A DNA stretch of 28,066 bases from a bacterium (GCA_041946805.1 JBHGBC010000074.1:1-28066), one strand, 5' to 3'. Positions 11,280-21,198 are shown, counted from the first letter of the stretch. A program made the numbers and translations. Notes: generated from the sequence alone by a model not told the origin.

Positions 11280-11530
11280 TGTTCATCCGGCAAGTGCGTG
11301 CAGGATGGGGAAAATTGTATTTCAATTCCCTGACTCTGAACCGAAGGCAAATAATTGCATTCCTGCTCAGCTTTTCGGAATCCGCCGAGGAGATCGGCGC
11401 CGAAAAAAGGCTTTCCCTCACCCTGGCCCTCTCCCCGAGGGAGAGGGAATTAGGAGTGATTCGATAAAGTCTGTTCGATCGGATTTTCGAGCACATCTCC
11501 CGGCAAAAGTACGCACTTGCCGGATGAACC
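11280..11530 (+). mobile_element. MITE-like element copy B
   Basis: TIRs TGTTCATCCGGCAAGTGCGTGC (11280-11301) and GTACGCACTTGCCGGATGAACC (11509-11530), 20/22 complementary; palindrome at 11403-11455. Confidence 0.85.
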
Positions 11531-11540
11531 ATATTGATTT

Positions 11541-11580
11541 TCTCCATCTCCCGATCGGGACCGGGTGAGGGAAAGCCCTT
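11541..11580 (-). repeat. Degenerate free CCCTCACC palindrome
   Basis: ...GGGACCGGGTGAGGGAAAGCCCTT, inverted relative to the copy in MITE B. Confidence 0.55.
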
Positions 11581-11658
11581 ACTCCCGCGCATCCCTTCTC
11601 TTTTCAAAATCGAAAGAACATTGCATCCTTGAGCCATCACACTTTCGGGGAGATCATC

Positions 11659-13503
11659 ATGAAATTCAGAACCTTCGCCATGATCGGCCTATTGGCAGCG
11701 ATCCGGTTTCAAACACCGTATCCCGCGCAAGCCCAGGATTGGGACATCCAAAGCGATCCCGCGGGCCGCATCGTTTCGGTGAGTGGAGACAGCGCCGCGG
11801 CGCAATCCATCCAGATCAATGAAAAGAACACTCCGCGTCTCCAGTTTGCCGATGAGGAGATCATTTGCGGAGAACCATCAGACATCCAGATCACAGAGGA
11901 TGCCAAAATTTATCATTATCAATTGAATCGGGGCGGCCAGCGGCTGGATTTGGAATACGAAATCCGTCCCATCGAAACCGCGGGCGGCGCGGGAATCCAG
12001 CAGACAGTCACATTAATTCCTCATGACACCCTTCAAGAAGATTTTTCGCTGCTGCTGCCCTTCGCGTTCCGGGTAAAGGAAGGAATAAATAGCCTCTTTT
12101 TGCCAATGAAAAACGGGATGGGGGTAACGGCCGCGATCGAAGCGGCGTTTCCCAAATATGTGTATTATCTGACGGGCAAGAAGCCGGAGTCATTGGAATC
12201 CGTGTTGGCCATTCCCCTGTTTGATATAGTCCAGGCGGATGGCTCCACCCGGTTGTCTTTCATCTCCGATCCGTATCTAACGATGGTTTTCCTGACACCC
12301 AAGCCCAACGAAACCGGAGCGTTCATAAGCCGTTACGAGGCGTCACGCGTGAGGTTGTCGCCGCGGGAAAAGCGGGTGTTCTATACGATTTTCCACAAGG
12401 GGGAGGCGCAGCAATCCCTGCAGGCCTTTTATTCCACCGCACTGGCCGATATTCCTCCCGGGCCGGAGTGGCTGCATGACATCGCGATGATCGGGTATGA
12501 CTATCTCAGCGACGGAGGGCAGGGATGGTTCCAGGACATCGACTGGCTGACCGAACGCCTGCCCGAGAAGGACCGCAACCAGGTCTGCCTGGCGTTGCAT
12601 GGATGGTACGATGTGCTGGGCCGGTATACGTACGATCCCAGCCGCAAGAAACTGGATGAGGCCTGGGTGGCGTTTCCCAACGCGCCCCACTGCGACAAGA
12701 AGGTTTTTCCGAACAGCGTATCGGTCAACATGACGCAGGAGGAAGTGCGCAAACGGCTGCGGTATGCCAAGGACCGGGGCTTCCGCGTGGTGCTGTATTT
12801 CGCCGACGGCATGGCGATCTGCGAGGGCGCGAAGGGAATCTTTACTCCGGACCGGATCCTTTACAGCGGCGGCTGGCAGGGGCCGGACACCATCGGCCCG
12901 ACGCACATCCAAAATCCCTTGCATCCCAAGGTGTATGAATTCTACCAGGAATACATGGACGCATTGTGGCAAGCCTACGGCAACGATCTGGACGGTTTGG
13001 TGTGGGATGAAACCTTCCATGTCGATCCCGGGCATCTAGGAACGCCGGACTTCCCGGGCTACGCCGCGCGCGCCATGATGGAGCTGGTGAAGGACTTGGC
13101 CGCGCGGGTCCACCGCTTCCGGGCGGATTGCGTTTTTCTCGCTTCAGATTGCCTGGGAGCGGGCAACTGGTTTTTCAAAGCCCCCTACGCGCTGGCGGCC
13201 GACGGCACTTACCAGGACAGCCATTGCCAGCCCGCGGCCTGGCCGTATGGACTCTTTCCCAATCGGCGCAATGTGCTGTGGTCGTGCAATTGGAATCCGG
13301 TTACCCGGTTCGGCTGGACGGAATATGGCGTCAAGAATTTCCAGGTCCCTGTCGTGTTCACCAATGGTTGGAACGATGACATGGGCTTTTATGAAATGCC
13401 GCCGGCAACCGCGCAACGGTTCTTACAATTGTTTCAAGAACGCAAAGACCAGAAAACGCGTTTGCAATGGCTTACCCAACCCCCGAAGCCGTTTGAGGGA
13501 TAG
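11659..13503 (+). CDS. Secreted glycoside-hydrolase-like protein (N-terminal beta domain + probable TIM barrel)
   Basis: GGGGAG RBS; signal-like MKFRTFAMIGLLAA...AQA; YAKDRGFRVVLYF, NPLHPKVYEFY, DGLVWDET. Confidence 0.7.
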   Translation: MKFRTFAMIGLLAAIRFQTPYPAQAQDWDIQSDPAGRIVSVSGDSAAAQSIQINEKNTPRLQFADEEIICGEPSDIQITEDAKIYHYQLNRGGQRLDLEYEIRPIETAGGAGIQQTVTLIPHDTLQEDFSLLLPFAFRVKEGINSLFLPMKNGMGVTAAIEAAFPKYVYYLTGKKPESLESVLAIPLFDIVQADGSTRLSFISDPYLTMVFLTPKPNETGAFISRYEASRVRLSPREKRVFYTIFHKGEAQQSLQAFYSTALADIPPGPEWLHDIAMIGYDYLSDGGQGWFQDIDWLTERLPEKDRNQVCLALHGWYDVLGRYTYDPSRKKLDEAWVAFPNAPHCDKKVFPNSVSVNMTQEEVRKRLRYAKDRGFRVVLYFADGMAICEGAKGIFTPDRILYSGGWQGPDTIGPTHIQNPLHPKVYEFYQEYMDALWQAYGNDLDGLVWDETFHVDPGHLGTPDFPGYAARAMMELVKDLAARVHRFRADCVFLASDCLGAGNWFFKAPYALAADGTYQDSHCQPAAWPYGLFPNRRNVLWSCNWNPVTRFGWTEYGVKNFQVPVVFTNGWNDDMGFYEMPPATAQRFLQLFQERKDQKTRLQWLTQPPKPFEG

Positions 13504-13572
13504 GAAGGCAGCGCGGAGCGGAAGGAATTCGGTGATGGATAGAAATGATTTGAGCCTTCCCTCCATCGTTCT

Positions 13573-14232
13573 TCACATCCCCTTCCGTAACCGGTTTACC
13601 AACTGATGCACAACGCGGATGGGTTCCGGCTGGCGGTAGCGGGAGGCGAGAGTGAGGATCAGTTGGGTGGCGTGTTGAAAATCCACGCGGTGGCCGGGGC
13701 TGATGAAGAGGGGTTTGACCCGGTCGCGGGTGCGGAGCACTTCACCCACTTTTTCACCGTCCAACAGCAAATCGCTGACGCTGCCCCGTTTCTCACCCGG
13801 TTCCACGTATTCGCCCACCAGGCGGCTTTTGGCGCAGCCGATGGTCACCAGGCCGGTCATCACGCCGATGTAACTGGCCAAGCCGGCGCGGCGGGGATGA
13901 CAGATCCCCTGCCCGTCGCAGATCAACACATCCGGCGTGCAGGTCAGTTTTTGGAAGCACAATTCCACCAGCGGCCATTCGCGGAAGGCCAGGTAGCCGG
14001 GGATGTAGGGGAATTCCAGTTCTTGCTTTACCGACGAAGTGCCGAGAATTTCCCCCTCAGGAAACGATAGGATCACGATCGCCGCGTAGCCGGTTTTGGA
14101 AAAACGGTTGCATGAGACATCCGCCGCCGCCACGGTCCGCAAGCGATCCAGGGGCGTCAGGGCGTCGCGCAGGTCCACCCGCCGCGCGATGGCTTCCTGT
14201 TGTTCGCGTAATTCCGCCAGGTTGTAAGTCAT
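13573..14232 (-). CDS. nfi: Endonuclease V (deoxyinosine 3' endonuclease)
   Basis: AAADVS, FPYIPGYLAFRE, DGQGICHPRRAGLA, IGCAKSRL, PLFISPGH, YRQPEPIR. Confidence 0.96.
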   Translation of the reverse strand: MTYNLAELREQQEAIARRVDLRDALTPLDRLRTVAAADVSCNRFSKTGYAAIVILSFPEGEILGTSSVKQELEFPYIPGYLAFREWPLVELCFQKLTCTPDVLICDGQGICHPRRAGLASYIGVMTGLVTIGCAKSRLVGEYVEPGEKRGSVSDLLLDGEKVGEVLRTRDRVKPLFISPGHRVDFQHATQLILTLASRYRQPEPIRVVHQLVNRLRKGM

Positions 14233-14348
14233 TCCGGTTTCCTTTTCGGCCGTTGTGGATTTGACGGGAGCAAGATAATCTTAAGGGTATCCGATTGAGG
14301 GAAAAGACCCCACCCGTTTACCGGCGGAGTGGGGTACGTGTGTTCGCC

Positions 14349-17300
14349 ATGAATAAAACCGAGGCCCATCCAGCCCATGAGCTGATTATTTCCGCGCGAA
14401 AATCGTTCACGCGGCAGGAAGAATACCTGCGGCTTTGTGAAATCCTTCATTCAAAGGGTTCTCAGGCGGATTGCGGGCAGTCGATCGGCTCGTCCCATGC
14501 CCTGCTGATCACCGAACTTGCCCGGCATTTTCGTAAGCCGCTGGTGGCCGTGGTTCCCGATCAAAGCAGCGCGTACCTGCTGCTGGACGACCTGGTATTT
14601 TTTTTCACCACGGTGAAGAATCCCCCGCCGGTCTTCGTCTTTCCCCACCTGGAGATTCTGCCCTACGAGCCCCAGGCTCCCGAACTGACCATCCGCATGG
14701 AGCGTCTGGCGCCGCTGCAATACATGATCGAGTCGGCCCGCGCGCCGGATGGCCAGGTTCCGCCGCCGGTCGTCATCGCGCCCATCTTCGCGGCGTTAAA
14801 GCGCATGCCGCCGCTGGGGGTGTACGAGCAGCAGGCCCTGCGGTGTGTGAAGGGCGGCTCTCTGTCCCGGGACAAGATCAGCGAATGGCTGGTGGCCCAA
14901 GGGTACGAGTTCCGGGACCTGGTGGCCCAGCGGGGTGATTTTTCCCTGCGCGGGGACATCGTGGACATTTACTCGTATTCCTACCCGGAGCCGGTGCGGA
15001 TCGAATTCTGGGGCGACGAGGTGGATTCCATCCGGCTGTTTCACGTTTCCGACCAGCGGTCGGTGAAGTCAATCGAGGACGTGGTTTTCTATCCCGGCCA
15101 GGAAGACAACCTGGTCCTTGAATCTCTGACCTCCGGATTGGTCCTGGAGCCGCTGCCGCATCTGTTCGGCGCGGACACCCTCGTGGTCACCGTGAACAGC
15201 GACGAAGTGGAAAAACAAGGGCAGGAGTTCCGAAATCTGGTGGAAAAGCGGTACAAGGAAGCCTCCAGCCCCTTTGCGGAGGACCACGAGGTCCACTTGG
15301 GCGAGGAGGATTTTCACAAGCGCCAGGAAGTGGTGCTGGAGCCGCCCGATGTCCTCTATCTCACCCTCAACGAATGGGAGGAAAGCCTGAAACCGTTGCG
15401 CCACGCGCGGCTCACTGAATTCACGCTGGAACCGGGCGAGGGGCATGTCAACCTCGGCTTCGCGTCCACGGACATCTATGGCGAAGACCAGAAGGAGCGT
15501 CTCGGCCATTTGCTGGAGGCGGCCCACGCGGGGCGGCGGATTCTCATCGTCTGCGACAACACCGGCCAGCAGAACCGCATGGAGGAGATTCTCGCCGCGC
15601 ACCGCAAGGAGAAAGGGATCCAGGCTGAATCCCACAATCTCCTGACCCTGACCGGCGGGCTGCACCGGGGCTTCGTCCTGCTTTCCTCCAATCTCTTGAT
15701 CTGCACCGACCGCGAAATCTTCGGCCGTTACCGCCGCTTCAGCACGCCGGTGCGGGACGGCATCGCCCTGCCGGTCACCGATCTGGTCGACCTGCAGCCG
15801 GGGGATTACGTCGTGCATATCGACCATGGCATCGGCCGCTTCGTCCGCATGATCCGGATGATGCATGACGGGCAGGAAAGCGAATTTCTGCATATCGAAT
15901 ACGCGGAAGGGGGAATGCTGTACGTCCCCATCGAACAGATCGACCGGGTCGGCCGGTACATCGGTGGAGACAACGCCCAACCCACGCTTGCCAAACTGGG
16001 AACCAAGAACTGGGAACGGACCAAGGCGCGGGCCCGGCAAGCCATCGAAGACATGGCCGAGGAGCTTCTGGAACTCTACGCCACCCGCGCCACCCGGAAA
16101 GGGCACGCGTACAGCCCTGATTCTCCTTGGCAGCACGAATTCGAGGCCTCGTTTTTGTACGAGGAAACCCCGGACCAGTGGCGGGCCATCGAGGAGGTCA
16201 AGCGCGACATGGAACACCCGGAACCGATGGACCGGCTGATCTGCGGCGACGTGGGATTCGGCAAGACCGAGGTGGCCATCCGCGCGGCCTTCAAGGCGGT
16301 GATGGATGGCAAGCAGGTCGCGGTGCTGGTTCCCACCACCATTCTCTGCCAGCAGCATTACAACACCTTCTGCGACCGTTTGGCCGATTACCCGGTGCGG
16401 GTGGAGATGCTCTCCCGCTTCCGGACCCCGGCGGATCAAAAGCAGGTGATCGACGACCTGGCCAAGGGGGAGATCGACATCATCATCGGGACGCACCGGT
16501 TGTTGTCCCAGGATGTGCGGCTGACCGATCTGGGCCTGGTGATCATCGACGAGGAACAGAGGTTCGGCGTGAAGCACAAGGAACGCCTCCGCCAGATGCG
16601 GAAACTGGTCGATACCCTGACGTTGACCGCGACGCCCATCCCCCGGACTCTGTACATGTCGCTCTCCGGCATCCGCCACATGAGTCTGGTCAGCACGCCG
16701 CCCAAGAACCGCCTGCCCATTGAGACCTACATCATGGAGTGGTCCAAGGAGGTAATCGAAAACGCCATCCTGCGCGAGCTCTCCCGCGACGGGCAGGTGT
16801 ATTTCGTCCACAACCGGGTGGAATCGATCTACAAACTCGCCCATTATGTCCAGGAGTTGGTTCCCCAGGCCCGGGTTTGCGTGGGCCACGGCCAAATGTC
16901 GGAACGGGAGTTGGAAGAGGTTATGATGCGGTTCATCCGCCACGACTACGACATCCTGGTGGCGACGACCATTATCGAGAACGGGATCGACATTCCCAAC
17001 GTGAACACGATCATCATCAACAACGCCGGGCATTTCGGCTTGTCCCAGTTGTATCAGCTCCGGGGCCGGGTGGGACGCGACCGTCACCGCGCGTATTGCT
17101 ATTTGATCGTGCCGAGCAAGAAGGCGCTGTCCGCCGTGGCGCGCCGCCGCCTGCTGGCCTTGCAGCAGCACAACCAGCTGGGGGCGGGATTCCACCTGGC
17201 GATGCGCGACATGGAAATCCGGGGTATCGGCAATATCCTGGGCCGGCAACAGCATGGGCACATCGCGGCGATCGGTTTCGACCTCTACAGTAAACTCCTG

Positions 17301-17894
17301 CGCGGCACCGTCAGCCATCTCAAGGGGGACAAGCTCAACTTGTTGGATTGGGATACCGCCCTGGAAATGGCCCACAAGGGGAGCATCCCGCCCGCGTACG
17401 TGGAAAGCAGCAAGCAGCGGATGTCGCTGCATCAGCGGATCGGGAAGATCAAGACTGATGAGGAGATCAATTCCTTCGAGGCCGAGCTGAAGGATATCTA
17501 CGGCGCGCCGCCTCCCCCGGTGCAAGACCTGCTCGCGGCGTTGCGGATCCGGGTGCGGGCGCACCAAGCGGGCTTCGACTTGGTGCAGGTCAAGGCCAAC
17601 TCAGGCCTCCTGCGGTATCACATCTCGCAATCGGAACGCTTCAACCCCCTGCGCGTGCTGGAACTGGACGGCTGGAACGGGTTGAAATTTTTGGTAACCA
17701 CCAAGGGGGAGAATGTCCAGATCGAGTTTCAGGACCAACTCAAGAAGGGAACCATGGCCGAGCGGATCATCCCGCTGATCGACGCGCTCGAACAGAAAGA
17801 GGCGCCCCGTTTCGAAAAACCGGCCCTGCCTTCCTCTCCCCCGCCGGAAAAGGCCCGGAAAAAAGTGAAGGAACTCCGCCGGATATTCCGGTGA
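14349..17894 (+). CDS. mfd: Transcription-repair coupling factor
   Basis: UvrB-like GDFSLRGDIVDIY, CarD-like GDYVVHIDHGIG, MDRLICGDVGFGKTEVA, DEEQRFG, TATPIPRT, QLRGRVGR, RDMEIRG; start set at ATG 14349. Confidence 0.97.
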   Translation: MNKTEAHPAHELIISARKSFTRQEEYLRLCEILHSKGSQADCGQSIGSSHALLITELARHFRKPLVAVVPDQSSAYLLLDDLVFFFTTVKNPPPVFVFPHLEILPYEPQAPELTIRMERLAPLQYMIESARAPDGQVPPPVVIAPIFAALKRMPPLGVYEQQALRCVKGGSLSRDKISEWLVAQGYEFRDLVAQRGDFSLRGDIVDIYSYSYPEPVRIEFWGDEVDSIRLFHVSDQRSVKSIEDVVFYPGQEDNLVLESLTSGLVLEPLPHLFGADTLVVTVNSDEVEKQGQEFRNLVEKRYKEASSPFAEDHEVHLGEEDFHKRQEVVLEPPDVLYLTLNEWEESLKPLRHARLTEFTLEPGEGHVNLGFASTDIYGEDQKERLGHLLEAAHAGRRILIVCDNTGQQNRMEEILAAHRKEKGIQAESHNLLTLTGGLHRGFVLLSSNLLICTDREIFGRYRRFSTPVRDGIALPVTDLVDLQPGDYVVHIDHGIGRFVRMIRMMHDGQESEFLHIEYAEGGMLYVPIEQIDRVGRYIGGDNAQPTLAKLGTKNWERTKARARQAIEDMAEELLELYATRATRKGHAYSPDSPWQHEFEASFLYEETPDQWRAIEEVKRDMEHPEPMDRLICGDVGFGKTEVAIRAAFKAVMDGKQVAVLVPTTILCQQHYNTFCDRLADYPVRVEMLSRFRTPADQKQVIDDLAKGEIDIIIGTHRLLSQDVRLTDLGLVIIDEEQRFGVKHKERLRQMRKLVDTLTLTATPIPRTLYMSLSGIRHMSLVSTPPKNRLPIETYIMEWSKEVIENAILRELSRDGQVYFVHNRVESIYKLAHYVQELVPQARVCVGHGQMSERELEEVMMRFIRHDYDILVATTIIENGIDIPNVNTIIINNAGHFGLSQLYQLRGRVGRDRHRAYCYLIVPSKKALSAVARRRLLALQQHNQLGAGFHLAMRDMEIRGIGNILGRQQHGHIAAIGFDLYSKLLRGTVSHLKGDKLNLLDWDTALEMAHKGSIPPAYVESSKQRMSLHQRIGKIKTDEEINSFEAELKDIYGAPPPPVQDLLAALRIRVRAHQAGFDLVQVKANSGLLRYHISQSERFNPLRVLELDGWNGLKFLVTTKGENVQIEFQDQLKKGTMAERIIPLIDALEQKEAPRFEKPALPSSPPPEKARKKVKELRRIFR

Positions 17895-17928
17895 ATAGAC
17901 CATAAAAAAGAATCCCAAGGAGCTGAGC

Positions 17929-18627
17929 ATGGCCAAACATATCGGTATCGTGGCGTGCAGCGTGGAAGGAGCGGCCCTTTGCTACCGGACGATCGGCGGC
18001 GAAGGCGCGAACCGCATGGGCCGGCATGCGCATCCCGAAGTCAGTATGCACACGCATCCTCTCAGCGAATACATGCAATATATTGAAACGTCCGATTGGG
18101 CGGCCGTGGCGCGACTCATGCTGGATTCCACGGAAAAGTTGGCCCGCATCGGGGCGGAATTCGCCATTTGCCCCGATAACACCATCCACCAGGCCTTCGA
18201 ACTCGTTCAGCCCCGCTCTCCGATCCCCTGGTTGCACATTGCCGAAGTTGCCGCGGAAGAAGCGAAACGAAACCAATTTCATACTGTCGGAATATTGGGC
18301 ACCAAATATCTCATGGAAGGACCGGTCTATCCCCCCCAACTGAACGCCCGGGGTATCGAGTGTGTCATCCCTGACGAAGAGGAAAGAATCCGGATCAATC
18401 AAATCATCTTCGACGAACTGGTATATGGCCGGATTCTCGAATCCTCCCGCCGGTATTTTTATCAAGTGATCCAACGGTTGAAAAAGAACGGCTGCGACGC
18501 CGTGGCTCTCTCGTGCACGGAAATCCCCCTGATCGTCGGCCCGGACGCCTCCTCCTTGCCCACGCTCGATTCCACCCGCCTGCTGGCCCGCGCCGCGGTC
18601 CGTTTCGCGGTGGGGGAAACGGAATAG
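17929..18627 (+). CDS. Aspartate/glutamate racemase family protein
   Basis: AAGGAG RBS; ICPDNTIH, IPWLHI, VGILGT, LSCTEIP, LDSTRLLA. Confidence 0.9.
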   Translation: MAKHIGIVACSVEGAALCYRTIGGEGANRMGRHAHPEVSMHTHPLSEYMQYIETSDWAAVARLMLDSTEKLARIGAEFAICPDNTIHQAFELVQPRSPIPWLHIAEVAAEEAKRNQFHTVGILGTKYLMEGPVYPPQLNARGIECVIPDEEERIRINQIIFDELVYGRILESSRRYFYQVIQRLKKNGCDAVALSCTEIPLIVGPDASSLPTLDSTRLLARAAVRFAVGETE

Positions 18628-18718
18628 AGGAACTCATCCCGCGATCCATCATTGCGCCACAAAATCGAAATGGTATAAGATAAGCCAACATTTATCCTTG
18701 GGCAAAATGAGGTGAACC

Positions 18719-19618
18719 ATGTCCCATATTACACGTCGTGATTTTCTGAAGAGCGGCGCGGCCCTGGCGGGGACGCTGGCCGGCGCGCGGTATGTCCCGG
18801 CCGCCGAAACGGCGAAAGTCAAACGCTCCGCCACGGATTGGGTCCAGCTGGGACGCTCCCGGCTCCGCGTCACGCGGCTGGGGATCGGAACCGGGACCAA
18901 CGGCGGGCAGGTCCAGCGCGAAATGAGCCAGGAAGCGTTCACGGCCATGATCCGCCACGCCTACGACCGGGGCATCCGCTTCTTCGACACCGCCGACAAT
19001 TACAACGAGATGCATGAAAAACTGGCGGTGGCCCTCAAAGGCATCGACCGGGAATCGTACACCATCCAGACTAAAATGAATTGGCATGGGGAACAGGACG
19101 TCAACAAAACCATCGACCGGTTCCGCCAGGAATTGCAATCGGATTACTTCGATTCCCTCCTGATGCACTGCACTACCACCGCCGCCTGGCCTCAGGAACT
19201 GCAACGGCTGATGGACAGCCTGGATGAAGCCAAATCCAAGCAGTGGATTCTGACCCACGGGGCTTCCTGCCACGGCCTCAATCCCCTGCGGGCCATGCCG
19301 GGCGTCGCGTGGCTGGACGTGGCGTTGCTGCGCGTCAACCACGATGGGATGCACATGGACGGCCCCACGGGCGAGTGGGCGGAAGCCGGCCGGCGGGATG
19401 AAGCGGTGGAGGAAATCCGCAAGATCCACACGGCCGGCACGGGCGTGATCGGGATGAAAATCATGGGCAACGGCGATTTCACCGAGAAATCCCGGCGCGA
19501 GGCCTCGATCCAATTCGTCATGGGACTGGACTGCGTGGACGCGGTGATCATCGGTTTCAAAAGCCCGGCCGAAATCGACGAAGCCATCGGCCTGATGGAC
19601 AAGCACTTGAACGCGTGA
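18719..19618 (+). CDS. Aldo/keto reductase with twin-arginine signal peptide
   Basis: GAGGT RBS; TRRDFLK + hydrophobic stretch; LGIGT, GIRFFDTADNY, IQTK, LLMH, GVIGMK. Confidence 0.9.
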   Translation: MSHITRRDFLKSGAALAGTLAGARYVPAAETAKVKRSATDWVQLGRSRLRVTRLGIGTGTNGGQVQREMSQEAFTAMIRHAYDRGIRFFDTADNYNEMHEKLAVALKGIDRESYTIQTKMNWHGEQDVNKTIDRFRQELQSDYFDSLLMHCTTTAAWPQELQRLMDSLDEAKSKQWILTHGASCHGLNPLRAMPGVAWLDVALLRVNHDGMHMDGPTGEWAEAGRRDEAVEEIRKIHTAGTGVIGMKIMGNGDFTEKSRREASIQFVMGLDCVDAVIIGFKSPAEIDEAIGLMDKHLNA

Positions 19619-19663
19619 GGAGCAGGATGGGTTGGCGCGCGGCGCGTAATCCATCAAAATTGT

Positions 19664-19875
19664 GGATCATCCGGGAAGTGCGTACAGGATGAGGATTATG
19701 CTATTCCATTAAATTTATGATTCGGACGGACACCACGGTCCGCCCCTACAAAATACCCTCACTCTAACCCTCTCCCAGAGGGAGAGGGGATTTGGGGACG
19801 GTTTTTAATCCATCAATTCGAAGTGGAGGCCGATCGGGCGTCTGGGTAAAAAAGTACGCACTTGACAGACGAGCC
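19664..19875 (+). mobile_element. MITE-like element copy A with probable 8-bp target duplication
   Basis: TIRs 19664-19685 and 19854-19875; flanks AAAATTGT / ACAATTGT (7/8); contains GTAG-type REP (19724-19749) and palindrome (19756-19797). Confidence 0.85.
19724..19749 (-). repeat. GTAG-type REP palindrome
   Basis: Reverse complement GTAGGGGCGGACCGTGGTGTCCGTCC. Confidence 0.7.
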
Positions 19876-20023
19876 ACAATTGTTTTGCAAAAATTATGCC
19901 TTCTTGCACGCCCATGAGAATCCCATTGCCAAATCGTGAAGGGGCATGTGGCAACGTACCCCTATTTTCCCGGGACGGAAGCCCACGCCACCTCATATCC
20001 TTTCCCACCAGAAAAGGAACCGG

Positions 20024-20776
20024 ATGAAAGAACCTGCAGGGGCGGACCCAGGTGTCCGCCCGGGTATCATCGGCGCCCCTCACCCCAGCCCTCTCCCAAA
20101 GGGAGAGGAGAAAAAAAGATACTTTTTCATAATCCGCAAGCGCCGGATGCTCGCGTTGATTCTGCTCCTATTCGTGTTGGCGCTGGGCGTGGTTTATCTC
20201 TTCCGGCGGCCGATCTTAGTGGGCATCGCAGAGTCATTGGTGTATGAATCCATAATCCAGCCCTCCGACGTGATCGTCGTGTTGACCGGCGGGGGCGCGC
20301 GGCGGCTCGAACGGGCGGTCGAATTGTACCAAGCCGGTTACGCGCCCCGCATCCTCCTGACCATACCGCGGGTTTTGGAACACGGCATCCCCAGCCGGGA
20401 CCTCTACGAGATAGAGCGGCGGCTTTGCCAGGCGGTGCTCGAGTATCACCGGATTGATCCCCGCGACGTGCAATGGGGCCCCCGGCCCTTTTACAGCACT
20501 TACAGCGAGGCGGTTTTCATCCAGGATTGGATGCGCCAGTCGGGGTATGATTCCGCGCTGATCGTCACCGGGTATTTCCAATCCCGCCGCGCGAAATGGT
20601 CATTGGACCGCGTTTTTCAGAACAAGGACATGGACATCCATCTCGTCCCCGCGCCGTCCGAACTCTGCTCGGCCACCGACTGGTGGCGGCACGAGGAAGG
20701 GATCGTCGCCGTAGAGAACGAATGCCTGAAAAACGTGTATTACCGGATCCGGGGATGGTTTGGAAATCCGGGTTGA
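20024..20776 (+). CDS. DUF218/YdcF (ElyC/SanA-like) membrane-anchored protein (start 20024 or 20147)
   Basis: N-terminal TM, SDVIVVLTGG, RLERAVELYQAG, STYSEA, LIVTGYFQSRRA, W...E..K..YY. Confidence 0.85.
   Translation: MKEPAGADPGVRPGIIGAPHPSPLPKGEEKKRYFFIIRKRRMLALILLLFVLALGVVYLFRRPILVGIAESLVYESIIQPSDVIVVLTGGGARRLERAVELYQAGYAPRILLTIPRVLEHGIPSRDLYEIERRLCQAVLEYHRIDPRDVQWGPRPFYSTYSEAVFIQDWMRQSGYDSALIVTGYFQSRRAKWSLDRVFQNKDMDIHLVPAPSELCSATDWWRHEEGIVAVENECLKNVYYRIRGWFGNPG
20036..20110 (+). repeat. REP (GCAGGGGCGGACCCAGGTGTCCGCCC) followed by CCCTCACC palindrome, without TIRs
   Basis: 20036-20061 and 20076-20110 match the two repeat families found in MITE A. Confidence 0.75.
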
Positions 20777-20781
20777 ATCCT

Positions 20782-21198
20782 CTATTCTCCGATGATTTTA
20801 ACCAGCACCCGCTTCTTCCGCCGGCCGTCGAATTCCCCGTAAAAAATCTGCTCCCACGGACCGAAATCCAACCGGCCTTCGGTGATCGCCACCACCACTT
20901 CGCGGCCCATGATCTGGCGTTTCATATGCGCGTCGGCGTTGTCTTCTCCCACGTTGTGGAGGTATTGCGAGACCGGTTCATGGGGAGCGAGTTTCTCCAG
21001 CCACTTGTCGTAATCCTGGTGCAAGCCCGGCTCGTCGTCGTTGATGAACACGCTGGCGGTGATGTGCATGGCGTTGCACAGCAAGAGTCCCTCCCGCACG
21101 CCGCTCTCCCGCAGGCATTGCTCGCATTCCGGCGTGATGTTGATAAATCCCCGCCGGGCGGGAACATTGAACCATAGTTCCTTGCGGTAACTTTTCAT
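20782..21198 (-). CDS. yjbQ: YjbQ/UPF0047 family (secondary thiamine-phosphate synthase-like)
   Basis: [37 protein letters not shown]; start set at MKSYRK. Confidence 0.92.
   Translation of the reverse strand: MKSYRKELWFNVPARRGFINITPECEQCLRESGVREGLLLCNAMHITASVFINDDEPGLHQDYDKWLEKLAPHEPVSQYLHNVGEDNADAHMKRQIMGREVVVAITEGRLDFGPWEQIFYGEFDGRRKKRVLVKIIGE

Noticed and set aside
11236..11640. Small ORFs over MITE B (also 5-205, 2277-2474, 2749-2964, 21276-21755)
   Set aside because: Translations of repeat DNA (LTLALS.RER-type peptides).
14233..14348. LexA box or sigma70 promoter between nfi and mfd
   Set aside because: TTGACG lacks a properly spaced -10; TGTTC-N5-GAATA does not fit LexA spacings I know.
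15069..17567. 832-aa antisense ORF, and similar ones at 233-1294, 18692-19657, 24026-25117, 25295-26281
   Set aside because: Shadow frames of well-identified high-GC genes; no motifs of their own.
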